From: Thalia democratica
Lineage: Eukaryota
Length of the DNA: 64,000 bases
Reading direction: 5' to 3'
Assembly: GCA_965202585.1 (NCBI GenBank)
Contig: OZ241826.1
Coordinates: forward strand, 62,248,001 to 62,312,000
The position numbers and the translations under genes are program-made. Of the stretch, positions 1 to 12,163 are shown one piece after another. The notes under the pieces are model-generated. The model was given only the letters and a program-made list of their open reading frames with translations, had not been told where the DNA came from and made no database searches. Each line of letters starts with the position of its first letter. Position 1 is the stretch's first letter.

Positions 1-377
1 AATGATTAAGGGCATAGGAAGGGTAAATCACTTTGCTCTTGATTTTATTTTGTTGAGTTTTAACTAAGCTACAATTTGCTTTTTACAAATTAAAAAAAAA
101 ACAAAAAAATTTTTGAGATATAGTAGGAGAGTATAAGAGGTGTTTTATGAAAGGAGAAAATAAAAATGACAAATAACTAGAAATTACTAAAAATATATGT
201 ACTACTGTGTTTTTGAGTTTATGTCAAAAATAAAAAGTGAAAAATTAAAATCAAATGAGTAACTTGTGCTTATATGTTTCATTTGACATAATAAAAACTA
301 TGTTTCTTTAAATTATTATAAGTTATTATATACTTAAATTCTAAAATTTAAAAAAAAAATTTACAGTGTATACAAAC

Positions 378-823
378 CGACAATCAATTCCAATTGGAAC
401 AAATACAACATGATTTGAATTAGAAGGAATGAGTGATTGAATTCTTCCAAGTCGAATTAAGCTGTTTTTAATTATAATAACTTATTAGTTCAGTAGTCCA
501 GCATTAGTATATAGTATGAGTTTTAAGAATGGTATATAGAAAACAATATAAAATTTAAAACTGAATATATAGAGTAATTTACTAAAAAATAATATAAACA
601 TTACTCCAAAAAAATAGTATTAGTAAATTTGTTACTACATAGCCTAAATCTAGTTAAAATAAAATTTTATTTACAATTACAAATTTTATATTGCAATCAT
701 AAGACTCATTTAAGATGGCAAAACTAATTTAAGTATAGCTTGAATAAACAAATAATCTTACCTTTCAGATTTAGAAAATCCTGAAGTAGATAGAAAGTTT
801 TCTAAATCAAGTTTATCAAACAT
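378..823 (-). CDS. First two coding exons (823-762 and 461-378) of a gene running off the left edge; weak resemblance to the DNAAF9/C20orf194 N-terminus
   Basis: ATG at 823 preceded by an in-frame TAA; donor GAAAG|gtaaga; acceptor aaacag|C; phases match (AG|C). Product MFDKLDLENFLSTSGFSKSESLIRLGRIQSLIPSNSNHVVFVPIGIDCR resembles my recollection of human DNAAF9 SCSRLRQVQSIL...LGIDSRY. Exon 2 could instead end at 365 (ACT|gtaaat). Confidence 0.5.
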
Positions 824-1565
824 TTTCGATTAATACAGTCCAAATATTTTTTTAATCCTTAATTTTGTTGTGAAAAATTGAAACAATTGTTTAAGAAAAA
901 ATTAAAATGTAAATATATAAGTTTTTCATAAAAAGTTAAAATATATTATTGCTTTATAGTATAGCAGAAAAACAGATTAAGTAAAATTTATGTTTCTTTT
1001 TCAAAAACAATATCTTGGATTATACGTTTTAGAAAAAGAAGAAAATATGTGCATGATCGCAACTAAGGTCAATGGACTGGTGTGGAGAAAGACCTTTCGG
1101 TTATTGAGCTGTGCACCATTTGCTTGTAACCAATACTTTGAGCTAACTTTAAAACAATAATGAAAAAACATAAATAAATAGTTAAAAACTAAAAAAACAA
1201 TTGTATATAAACTAAAAAAGAAACTATTAAAGTTTAAAAATAACCTTTTTTAACCCAATACTGCCAATATTGACCATAAAAATCATAGTCTACCATGGGC
1301 TCCACACCATCTTCTCCCCTAGATTTCTATTTTCATGATCATTAACATTCAAATTTTGCTTGTTGCCCTTTCTACAAGAGCAACAACAAAATATACAACA
1401 AATAACATAAAACTAAATAAGAGGGGAGAATTGGTAATGTCACTACAAATAAAATATTTAGTATAATCATTATATTGTTAGAGCAACATGTATTTTAAAT
1501 AGTGTCTATAAATTTCAGTATATGTGATTGTAGGTAGGTAGAAATTTAAAAATATCAAGTATTTG

Positions 1566-2290
1566 CTAAAGGGTATAGGGGTAATTTATTCCAATATATT
1601 TTAACTTGTCTAATAAAATTTTTTTACCCACACAGTCAAAGACCTTGCTCAGATCTAATAAAACAGCACAAACTGCATTTCTCTTATTAAAGAAGGACAA
1701 TGTACTTTCCACAAACTCTGACAGAGCTAAGGTAGTAGAGTGTACCTCAATGAATCCAAACTGAGAAGAATTCAATATATTGAAATTAGTTTGTAAAAAC
1801 AATTATACATGACTTTTTTTATAATTTGTAAATATATGACAAAAGTGAAATTAATTGATAGTTTCCTGGAAGTGTTTTTGAACTTTCTTTAAATATAGGT
1901 ACAACTTAAGCTAATTTTAAACAATTTGGGTAATTACCTTCCTGAAATGCTTGTTTAGTTTGTTTTATTATAACTTGAGCTATATGATAGTTTATTTTCT
2001 TTAAGATTCCAATAGAAATATTACTACACCACAAGCTTTATCTGAACTTAAACTTTGTATGATACTAATTATTACATTTTCAAGTACATCAAACCAGGCA
2101 GAACTTTTATAGTAATTTTTTAGGCCATTTATAGAAGAGTTAAGATAAAATTCCTTTTTTGAATAAGTTTGTTTTCCAATATTGGCAAAATGTAGGTTTA
2201 AGTTATTTACAATTTCATCTGGATAAACAAAAGATTTTTCATATATTTCAAGTTTATGGTGAAAAAAATATGTTTTTTTCTGTCTGTTGT
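1566..2290 (-). mobile_element. Degenerate CR1/L2-clade LINE reverse-transcriptase fragment
   Basis: Minus-strand translation gives EIVNNLNLHFANIG, EGNYPNCLKLA*VVPIFK...PGNYQLISLL and QFGF...HSTTLAL...VLLDLSKVFDCV...ILLDKLKYIGI, which are typical CR1/L2 RT motifs, interrupted by stops and frameshifts. Confidence 0.85.
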
Positions 2291-3033
2291 TAACATAAGT
2301 AACTACCTTCCAAATCTCTGCTGAATTTTTATTACTCCTTTAAAGTTTTTTTTCAAAATACATTTTTTTGAAATTTTTTTAATTTTTGTAAATTTGTTTC
2401 TGTAAACTTTATATTCTTTTATTTGGTTTTTATTACTAAAGTTATTTATGCAAAGCATTTTGTAAAGGTTGTATTTATGTCATAGTCTAAAATGGTACTT
2501 TGTTTTAAACAAGCTATAAAAACTTATTTATTACAAAATCTTTCATAAAATAATTAAACTTTAATAATTAATCACTTTCATTTGTAAATATAAAGTTATT
2601 ATATCCCTGTTTATAATAAAGTCTTTTTTCTACAGCTGTATACATTTAATTTAAATTATTTGTTAATAAAGTTGCACAATGACCTAAAGATTTTTTTCAC
2701 TTCTATGGTCCATTGACCATACATTCAGTTTTTTTAAATTAAAAAGTGGAACTTTCTTACTGGCTATTTTAAAGGTTGTTTTAGCTTGTAACCTAGCAAA
2801 TTTCAAAATTCAAGTTTTAGGTAGAGTATTTATTGAGAAGCTTACTTTCATGTACGTTAAAAACTTCTTAAAATTACATATTAAGAAGCTTTTTGATTTA
2901 AGCTATTTCTTAAATCATATAAATAATAAAGAAAAAATATTTAAGAAATATTTTTTTTTAATAAGTTTAATAACAAATAAATAAGATTGAGGAGATTAAC
3001 ATTTTTGTCTGTCGAAACAATTGTCGTCAATAA

Positions 3034-4452
3034 AACAGATATCTCTCTTTATTAGGCGTAGTCCATGAAATACATGATGTTGAGACGATAATTAAGATAT
3101 TTGAAAACTTTTGTAGGTACAACCGTATCGACGAACTTGACAACTGCGAAAGAATAAAATTTATCTTATGGTCCAATGTTTTACCTCTTGATGAAATGTT
3201 TATTTTTTTTGATTCAAACACAACTGAACATAGAAATCTCGCTAATTTAAAGTTATTCCTACGTAATTTTTTTACGAGAAATAGTGAGAAACTTAAGCAA
3301 GAATTCCGCAAATTAGAAGCCGAATTTGCCGAACTAAAACGCAGAGCAGAGGCTAGCCAATCTTCGCAAGAATTACGAAAATTAGCAACCAAATTACGCG
3401 AATTAACAACCAAATTAGTCGAACACAATCGCAGGAAAGCTGCTTTAGAATCAAAATTATGCCTAATCATTAAAGCTGCCATACCGAATTATGACGTCAC
3501 AAGTACAGTATCACGCAATGCAACGATAATATCTACTAAGAACCAACGTTCTGAGCAACCACGGCCAGAATCGCCAAGGCCAGAGTCATCGACCAGAGCC
3601 AAAGATCAAAGCCATGCCAAACAGCACCACAACGGGCAGTCCCAACGGTCAGCGCAATCGCAGCAAGAATCCACAGGGCCCGAGTCAACGGTCAGCGCCA
3701 CCGAAACCAGTACCTATGCTACAGCGCCAACGATCAGAGCCATCTCAGCCAGCACCAAAACGGGCAGTCCTAACGGTCAGCACAACCGCAACCAGCACCA
3801 GAACGACTAGAGCCAATGGCCGCTTCAGATATGCCTTCCGTCAAACCGAAAAACGCAAGGAAATTATCCTCGTCGACGACAGAAAGCACAGCAGCGACTA
3901 CAAACACTTCTTCCAACATTAGTTCGGCTGACAGAATCACGAAAGTTGTCCCTTTCTCTAAACAAGAGCACATCAGCGATGCCAAACAACGACGAAACTA
4001 AAAATGTTAGGCCCGATCGCGAAATCTTAACAAAAAAGAACATTTCTTACTCTAAACGCAAAACGATTGCGAATAACAAAAAACCTTTAGAAATTAGCTT
4101 ACAGCAAATTTTTAAAACAAACCACGAATTAGTTTGGTTTATATTTCACAAATGGCGTTTTAAAGCCAAAATATCTTATAAAAATATTGAAGCACGCATT
4201 TTTAAAAATAATCGCGAATTATTTTAGTTCATTTTCCATCGATGGCGCTTTAAAAATTTTAATATCGAAAGTTCTTTAAACACTATCGCACGTATTTTTA
4301 AAACTAATCGAGAATTATTTTGGTTCATTTTTTACCGATGGCGTTTTAAACATATTAAAATTGAAATACTTGTCAGAAACCGTTGCAAAACTTTGAGTTT
4401 TTGTTCAGACGCTATTTTTCACCGCTGGAAAATTAAACTAAGATATTATTGA
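3034..4452 (+). pseudogene. Gag-like ORF with coiled coil, Q/S/N-rich linker and C-terminal FxxW repeats; two in-frame TAG stops (3808, 4225)
   Basis: Frame 1 is open from 3034 (after a TAA) to TGA at 4450-4452 apart from two TAGs. The second TAG occupies a position that is TGG (Trp) in the neighbouring repeat copies. The N-terminal segment aligns by eye with the Gag-like core of the 61686-63377 ORF. Confidence 0.6.
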
Positions 4453-5673
4453 AACTTTACTGTTTATTAACTCTTACAGCAAAACGTTAAGACCACCAAA
4501 AAAGTAATGAACTTTTAAACGCAAAGTTAAGGCCACCAAAAGAGTAATTTATTTTATTTAATTATGGTAGGCAACTAGTCTAAGAAGCTTTCTGAACAAA
4601 GCTTAGGACGAAATCGAGTCATAAGAAATTGAAGGAGTATTTTTAAAATTTATTCTTTAACTTAAAATTTTATTTTGAGCTCTTACTAATATAAAAAATT
4701 GCCTTAATTTGTTAAGCTTTATTTCAATTTGTTTTTTAATAACAATTTTATGTTCAAACTTGAACTATAAATCTACAGTTGTACTATAGTAAACTTAGTG
4801 ATTGATGTTAAAAAGGTTTATTACCTTGTTTTTTGTTGTTATACACTTCAGCTTACTTATAAACACACAATTTTTATAAGGTCATTTGAGCTATTAAAAA
4901 TCTTATTCAACATTTAAACGCTAACAACAACTTTGTTTTTAACTTTTCTAGAATATTAAAGTTTTAAAAGTTGTACAAAGTTCAAAGCTATATATTTTTT
5001 ACGAAAACAAGTCTAAACTTTTGAAATGCTTGTAACTGCTTTTTTTGTCAACTAACTTATGTTGAATGTGAAATGTTTTTAATATACTAAAAGTTTATAT
5101 AACGAATAATTAGCTTAAACTGAAGCTATAAATTTTTTTTAAGTTTCTTATAAACATACTTAAAAGTACTTGAAAATACTTGAAATAGTATTTTCTTTAT
5201 GTGTTTGCTTAAACTTTTTTTTAACTTCGCACGAAAACGGCTCGAGAAATCGAAAGTCGTCAACAAGTCGGCGAAGGTGACAAAGAGATCTGATCCACCA
5301 TCAGCAAAGCGACCTAGTGGAGTACAGATGAGGAGACCGAGAATGCACGAATAGCGTCTACGGGAAACAACGACTCACGAGCACTACTGGCGAATAAAAT
5401 TCTAAAAATTCTTTCATTTTTTTTCATTTTTGTAGATTGTTAAATTTTTTTAATTCTGCGCGTCATTTATTAAACTCAAAGCATTTACAAAGAAAAATAA
5501 TAGTTTTTTACAAATAACAAGATATAAGTCGACGATAGTCGACGGTCATATTACATTTATGCTTCTATATTAGAAGTTTTTTTAATGTTTTTTACAAATT
5601 CAAAAATAATTAAAGACCATATTTTCTTAGAGATAAGTGTGAACTCCAAAATAGCGGGTTTAAGTCGAGAGAA

Positions 5674-6158
5674 TGTAACAGCATGCGCTGTTCTTTCTTC
5701 CTTTTTTCTCAAAAAATTCTTAAGTTGAGTAAAACGCGAGTTTCTGGGCAGTCTAGTTTTACCTTTGTACTTATAGTATATTGTTTCAAAAGATTGTGTT
5801 CGCCTCGTACTTCTTGTACGAAGGCGACTGTTTTTTATATAAACTTGTGAATTGCAGTAGCTTATTTGTATATTTGTTATCGTGTTATCGCAGTGTATAT
5901 TCATTTTAATACTGTTTGTGTTTCTAGACTCGATTTCTTTATATACAATTACTTAAGCATTCTAACAATCTAACTATTTAATTAAACTAAGCTTAAAACA
6001 TAGTCTAAGTTTAGTTCGCAATTCATTAAGTCGACTTAGCTAAATAACTTAGCTAAGTCATATCTAAATATTTAAGATTTAAATAACATCACCGATAATA
6101 TTTATAACGCGCACGGAGTCAGATAATAACCAGCATTGCGTAAATATAAGTATTAACA
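5674..6158 (+). repeat. Candidate 3' LTR of element A
   Basis: Begins TGTAACA after a purine tract, ends TATTAACA, ~485 bp, contains TATATAAA. No second copy in the window to confirm the boundaries. Confidence 0.4.
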
Positions 6159-7506
6159 TCATTCGGTCGATTGTTAAAATCACAACTCTAAATTTTAAAG
6201 TCAAAAATACTTTTATTTAAGGTTTAAACTAAACTAATTACTAATTTAAAAGTATATTTCAGTAGTGACTTCATAAAAAGTGCGGAGCAACGATCTAAAT
6301 TTTTATTGTTACCTTTTGCTAAATGCAGTTTATTTTAAAAATTCGAAATAACTAAAATGAAGCATTTTATTTAATTAGTGAGATAGTGACTTCAGGTAAT
6401 TTATGTTGTTTCACAACGCTTATGACGTCATCATGCATCCAACTAGTATTTTTTGTTTTTACTGAAAAAAAAAATTTTTTGAAATTACGACGAGCAGATT
6501 CTAAGAATTTCTTTATTTATAAGCTATAGTTTACAAATTTATTAGTTCACGAATTTGTTCATAGTTTTTTTTTACTCAGTCGGTCTTTAACATTAATGAA
6601 ATACTCAGTTACAACTAAATTCATATTCTATTTGAATAAGAATTTAATTTTAACTGAGGAACTCATTAATCTCATTGATTAATTGAGTAAAATATTGTTT
6701 TATGAAAAAGTTCGTGAATGTATAATTTTGTATTTATATTCTTGGATTAAAACTAAGAATTTTGATTGTTACTCTTGAAATAAGCGAATAGTATTACCTA
6801 TAGTTTTTTTTTAAACATTTATTTTTTTTGAATTAATGCATGAGTTTTTACTTTGATTTAGACAAAAAGTACTTTACTTGATCAAACTTTAAAAAAACTT
6901 TCCATGCTAAAAATATATGCCTAATTGAACTTTGTTTACAGAATAATATATCTGATATTAGAAGTTATAGGTCGTATTTCTGTCGACGGGTTGTAAGTAA
7001 ATTACAGGAGGTAAAAGTGTTAGAGACTAGTCAGAAAGTTAGTTATAGATATTTAAATGTAAACAAATCCCAATTAAAAAACAACATTTTTAAAAACAGT
7101 TTTTAGATATGTCTATGAATTTAAGGAACAACGAAAATGATAACTTTACAAGCAATTAAATCAAAAACTAATCAAACTATTTCAAGAAAATAGTAAATTT
7201 ACTTATAAAAATATAAGTACAAATTAAGTAAGTTCTTTTGTTATTGAGATACTAATGTAACAAACTAAAAAAAGATAGCTATGGGGTTATGCAGTATACC
7301 AAAATCAACTTTAAACAAGCAAACTTAAACATCTAAATCAGTGTTTCCAAATTAAAAACAGTACTAAAACTTACTAAGTTTATCGGTCTTTAGATTTTAC
7401 ACAACAGCTTTTCGAGATACTTTACTACCTGTTATTGAAGCTTTTTTTTTTAATAAGTCGTTTAAAGTTATACTTAACTTATCTCTGTGCTAGGTATGTT
7501 TGTACA

Positions 7507-7625
7507 TGTCCTGGACAAGACGTTAATAGGTATCCGTGGTGTACGACTTCGATAACCGAAAGTTTCTTCGTTCACCAGGTCCTAGGACAAAATGTCTTAA
7601 GCGTCTTTTTTTGCTGTTCAATAAA
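7507..7625 (+). repeat. Short interspersed repeat, copy 1 (second copy at 33187-33305)
   Basis: TGTCCTGGAYAAGACGTTAA...CGATAACCGAAAG...CACCAGGWCCTAGGACA...AATAAA is shared with 33187-33305. Confidence 0.75.
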
Positions 7626-10600
7626 CTATATGTAGACTATATAATAAATAAAAAATAGCTTTTGAGTTTTTATTAAACTAATACTACTACATAGATTTTA
7701 TATACAAATATTAATTTTTAAAACCCACAATAAACTGAATGTAACAACCATCAAAGCTACATATTTTGTTTTAATAAAAGTGAGCATTTTTTAATTATCA
7801 TAATTTTTTATATTAAGAAATTAAAAACATCTAAAACATATTAAAAACACACAAACTTAATTTAGATCTGCTTATTAAAAGCATTTTTAATCTTTAACTA
7901 GTTTGTATAAATATAATGCAATTGCAGATCTTGTAAAGCTGTTATTTATAGTCTCTTTTTTTTTCTTTTTTTTTTTTGAAAAAGTTTAAAGTTTACTTAA
8001 AAAAATTAAAAAGTATCCTTTTTTTCAGCACTTGGTCTCATATGTATTAATCAGAAAAAATTATAAGAATTTAGATCATTTAAAGATAAATTAAGTAAGA
8101 TGAGAACAAAAATGTTATAAAGCACAACAAAAACAAAATCTAAAAAGTAATTTTTGATAGAGTAAAAAAAATTAAAATAATTAATAATTAAATTGCAGTG
8201 AAAATTTAACTAAAACTAAATACTAAGTCTCTTTTCTCAACAAAAAATTTTAAGTAGAAGAAATCTAATCAAAAATAACTGCAACTGTAAAAGAAAAAAG
8301 TTAACGATGACTCCATACATTAACAACTAACGGTGTATTTCTATAGTCAATTATTGATTAAAGTAGAGAAATGGCAATGTTTCTTTTCGCCGGAAAATAT
8401 TTAGCTTTTTATTTTTTTTGCGGACCGGAACTGTTAGAAAAATACCTTAACGGGATAAATGTACAGGCCGCAAACAGTAAAAGAAATCGTACTATAAAAA
8501 TAAAGCTGCATTGAAATAATCATTCAATAAGCATTACTTTTTATTAAAAAGCAAATTAAGAACCCTTTTTAAAATAATTATTATAAAAGAGCTAAATTTA
8601 GTTTTGGCACAAATTTTTTTCAAAACAAAAATAGCATCGAAGGCCAGAGACTTCATTTAGCGGACCGTACATTTCCCAATTACTGCAACTTTCAACGAGT
8701 AAACCTCAAAGTTCATAAGTAAACCTCAAAGTTCAGAAAAAGTTCAAGGATAACTTTATCTAAGTATCTTACTAACAATAAAGACGAGCAAGTAGAAAAT
8801 AAGTATTGTAGTTTACATCTTGAGTTCGAACTTTTTAAGTTTGCACGCACTTCCCATTGAATTCACACTTTTTACCAGTAAAACGTGGCAACTTTTAATT
8901 TAAATAGTAATTAATAAAACAAATTTATGTTTAAGGTTTGTTATGTTAACTTAAATAAAAAGAAAAAATTCAAAATTCCTAATTATAAAACAATAAAACT
9001 AAAAAAATAAACAATAGTTTAGTTTACATCTAAAAATTTAATGACGAAAAATAAATAAAAAGCTGTTAAATACCCTTAATAAAACTTAAAGATTAAAAAC
9101 GAGCAGAGTAAGTTACATAAGCATCATTATAGTTGAAATATCGATATAAAAAATTGTCAATGTTTAAAATCAAGTTTTTAAACAAAAACAACAAAAAGTG
9201 AAACTTACGAATAATTACTTCATAGTATCAACTTAATACTAAAAAAGTATGTCAGCAAAAAAATATTTATAAGTAGTTTAATAATTCAACTATTATTGCT
9301 TTATTATATCTAATAACTCAACAATAATAATGTTTTTGATGGGTATTTATTTTATGTTTTTAGTGGTTTTTACTTCTTCATAACATTATTGGCTTTTAAC
9401 ACATAGAAACTAACCAATCAAAAAACAAATCATCATTTCTTGGGCCCTTTTCGTTGAGTTCGCACGCTTGGATTTTCTTCAAAGAGCAAACTGTAGAGGA
9501 ATATTAATGTAGTCAAAATTTAATGAGAGCATTTTAGTTGCAGAACCCAAATAAGAAAACTAATCTAAGTCTACGAAATGAACAAAAGCTTATTTGTCCA
9601 AAGTGTTTTTTTATAATAAACAGTCGGTTTATACTTACACATTTGGCATTGTTTATAATTTAGACAAGTTGATTTATAACATAATACATTTCATTTAGAT
9701 TTGTTTGGTAAATTTCCAAAAAAATGATATTGAATTAGTTTTGACTTATAAATTTGCTATATGCTCTCTTTTCGTTATAAAGTGACTAAAAACTAATAAT
9801 GATTTTTATGTTTAGTTCTATGTTAAAGGAATAAGCTACTAAAAACTTTAACACTTGTTTTTTGTTACTTTTTTTTAAATAATTAGCTTAAATTCTCAAA
9901 TTTTGCTAATATCAAGTTGTTAAAACTGGGTATGGTAAAATAATAAGTTTCATTTTAGCACGCTTAGTTACTACAACTTTTTTTAACTAAAACTAACAAA
10001 CTTTATTTATTGTTAATTTTTAGTTTAATGATTCAAACTTATCTTAATCTAATTAATTATCCAATATTTTACAAAAATAAATAGTTCATGTATCTAATAA
10101 AGTTTGTTATTATAAAAACTATTTGCAATAAATGTTTAGCTTTAAAAAATCATTAGCTGGTATTTCACTTAATTTACTGATTTCTTCATTAAGTTAAAAG
10201 TATGTCAAAGATTTCATAAATTATAAAACAATTATGGGATTAAAATTACAACTTATATGAACCAACATGTAGGAAAGTTAAGTTAAAAAAATATTTTATA
10301 GCTTTATATCAACGATGTTAAAACTACTGTTTGTTAGCATTATTACGTCACAAAGATTGTGTTTGTTATTGGCGTTACTGAAAAATCAGAAAATTTAAGT
10401 TGTCATTTAAGCCGTGATTTTTTTATTTTTTGAAGATTACTTACATAAGTTGATTTGTATTTAAGTCATTTGAAGTGTTTAGACAACTTTGTTATTCAGA
10501 ATAGATTAATATTTTAGATAAATAACAATGAATTCAAAAGTATATAAACATTTTGCAGTAAATATTCGGAAGGTTTTTTTAATTGTCTAAGTATACATCA

Positions 10601-12163
10601 AACTCTGTTTAGTAAAAAGTCATACAAGCTTGTTCAAAAAAGTTCAAGCGAGTAAAACTAAACAGAATTAGTTTGTGTTTTTATTTAAAAGGATTTTTTT
10701 TCAGAAATATAACTAAAACCAAACCAGTTTAAAAATAATATTTTAAGAATACACTTTCTTTAAACTTTTTTAAATCGGCTAGTTATAGATACGTTTGGGT
10801 CAGCCAAGTTTTAATTAAATTTTGTATTTTTTTACTTAATGGAGAGGACTTATCAAATTAATATGGATATTAAAGATTTTTTTAAGATCTAGGTTTAGTA
10901 ATAAAAATATTTCATTTGTATTATTTGTATAAAAAAAGTTTCTGTTAGAATTATACTTGTAAAAAATATACTAGTTATTACTTTAAACAAGTTATCCTTA
11001 TAAGTATAAAAAAGTTATAAAACTAAACATTTAAGCTTAAACGTTTTTTAAGCTAGAAAAATATTTAGTAGCACTTTAGGATTAGAAGTAAGAATAAAAT
11101 TTTAAATTATTTTAGTTTAAAAAATTTTTGAAAATTAAAAGTTTAATTTTTTAAATCACCATATGAAAACAAAATTTATAAGAAACATAGTTAGTAAATT
11201 TATTTATCTATGTAAAAATATTTTAACGACTTTAAAGTAAGACTGACGCCCATTTAGCAAACAACTTTTATTTTGATATTTATAAATATATAAATTTTTT
11301 ATCGCTTTATTTTTGTATATAAAAATAAAATACAACTTTAAACTTTAGAGGCCTAAAGTATCTTTAAGTTTAGTGTAAAAAAAGCTTTTAATAACGCATT
11401 TTTATTTTTTAAAAGTAATAAACACAAACTTTTTAAACTCTAACCCTTCTTAAACTAATGCGTAATTATAGTAAGTTAAAAAAAAAAACTTTATAATATC
11501 AAAATGTTTAATAATTAGCAAAGTATATTTAATACTAGATATACAGTAGTTCTTTAACATCAATTATTTTTTAGGTAACCCTCAAATGATTATCAGAAAA
11601 ATTTAAACTTAAGTCAGTTATTCATAAAACATTTTATCAACTTGCACATGGTAGGTTCTAGATTGGCTCGGAGAGTCAATTTTACACGAATCGTCTTTTT
11701 ATATGAGTCGTCACTTTTGTACGGGTTTCATTTTGCACATATCAATAACTTTACGTTTGTTTCAAGTTTTTGAATTTCAACTATTTAAAACTAACCATTA
11801 AAACTTACTTTGCTAATGATATAAAAAATTTTAATTTCTTCAAAAAGTTAAAGATATTCATTACAATAAAAATTACAACAACTTTAACTTAATATAGCAT
11901 AAAACTAAAACAAAGTTTTATTTTATTTTTAAAATTTCAAACCGAAAGTAATCTTTTATAACAAAATTGCTTTTGTTTTAGTTAAATTATTTTTGTTTTT
12001 TCCCGTTGCTTAAGAATCAATACTGGTACAATAAAGAGAACTCATTACAAAAAATAGTTTTAAAATAGTTGTAATCATTTTTTTTTCTAGTTTTAAATGT
12101 TAAAAGTTTAGGATATTTTCACTTAACATACATAAATAGTTTTGTTTTGAAACAATTTTTTAA

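Larger units (their letters stand above)
3011..6158 (+). mobile_element. Element A: 5'-truncated, pol-less LTR-retroelement-like sequence (gag-like ORF, GC-rich 3' block, candidate 3' LTR)
   Basis: CpG-containing island in AT-rich DNA; gag-like frame at 3034-4452; purine-rich GTCGAGAGAA directly before TGTAACA at 5674; shares a 3'-region motif with LTR element B. No 5' LTR, PBS or TSD found. Confidence 0.55.

Noticed and set aside
3027-3482. 151-aa minus-strand ORF
   Set aside because: Antisense shadow of the gag-like coiled-coil frame; no recognisable motifs.
3604-3810. Overlapping ORFs 3614-3922, 3816-4001 and 3770-3985, plus an internal duplication offset by 128 nt
   Set aside because: Alternative frames of a GC-rich low-complexity linker. 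The two duplicated copies are read in different frames, which warns that the original frame of the linker is uncertain but does not support separate genes.
5557-5904. 115-aa minus-strand ORF
   Set aside because: Spans the PPT and candidate LTR of element A; no homology signal.
6421-6430. Perfect CRE palindrome TGACGTCA
   Set aside because: A single 8-mer with no assignable transcription start; cannot be supported as regulatory.
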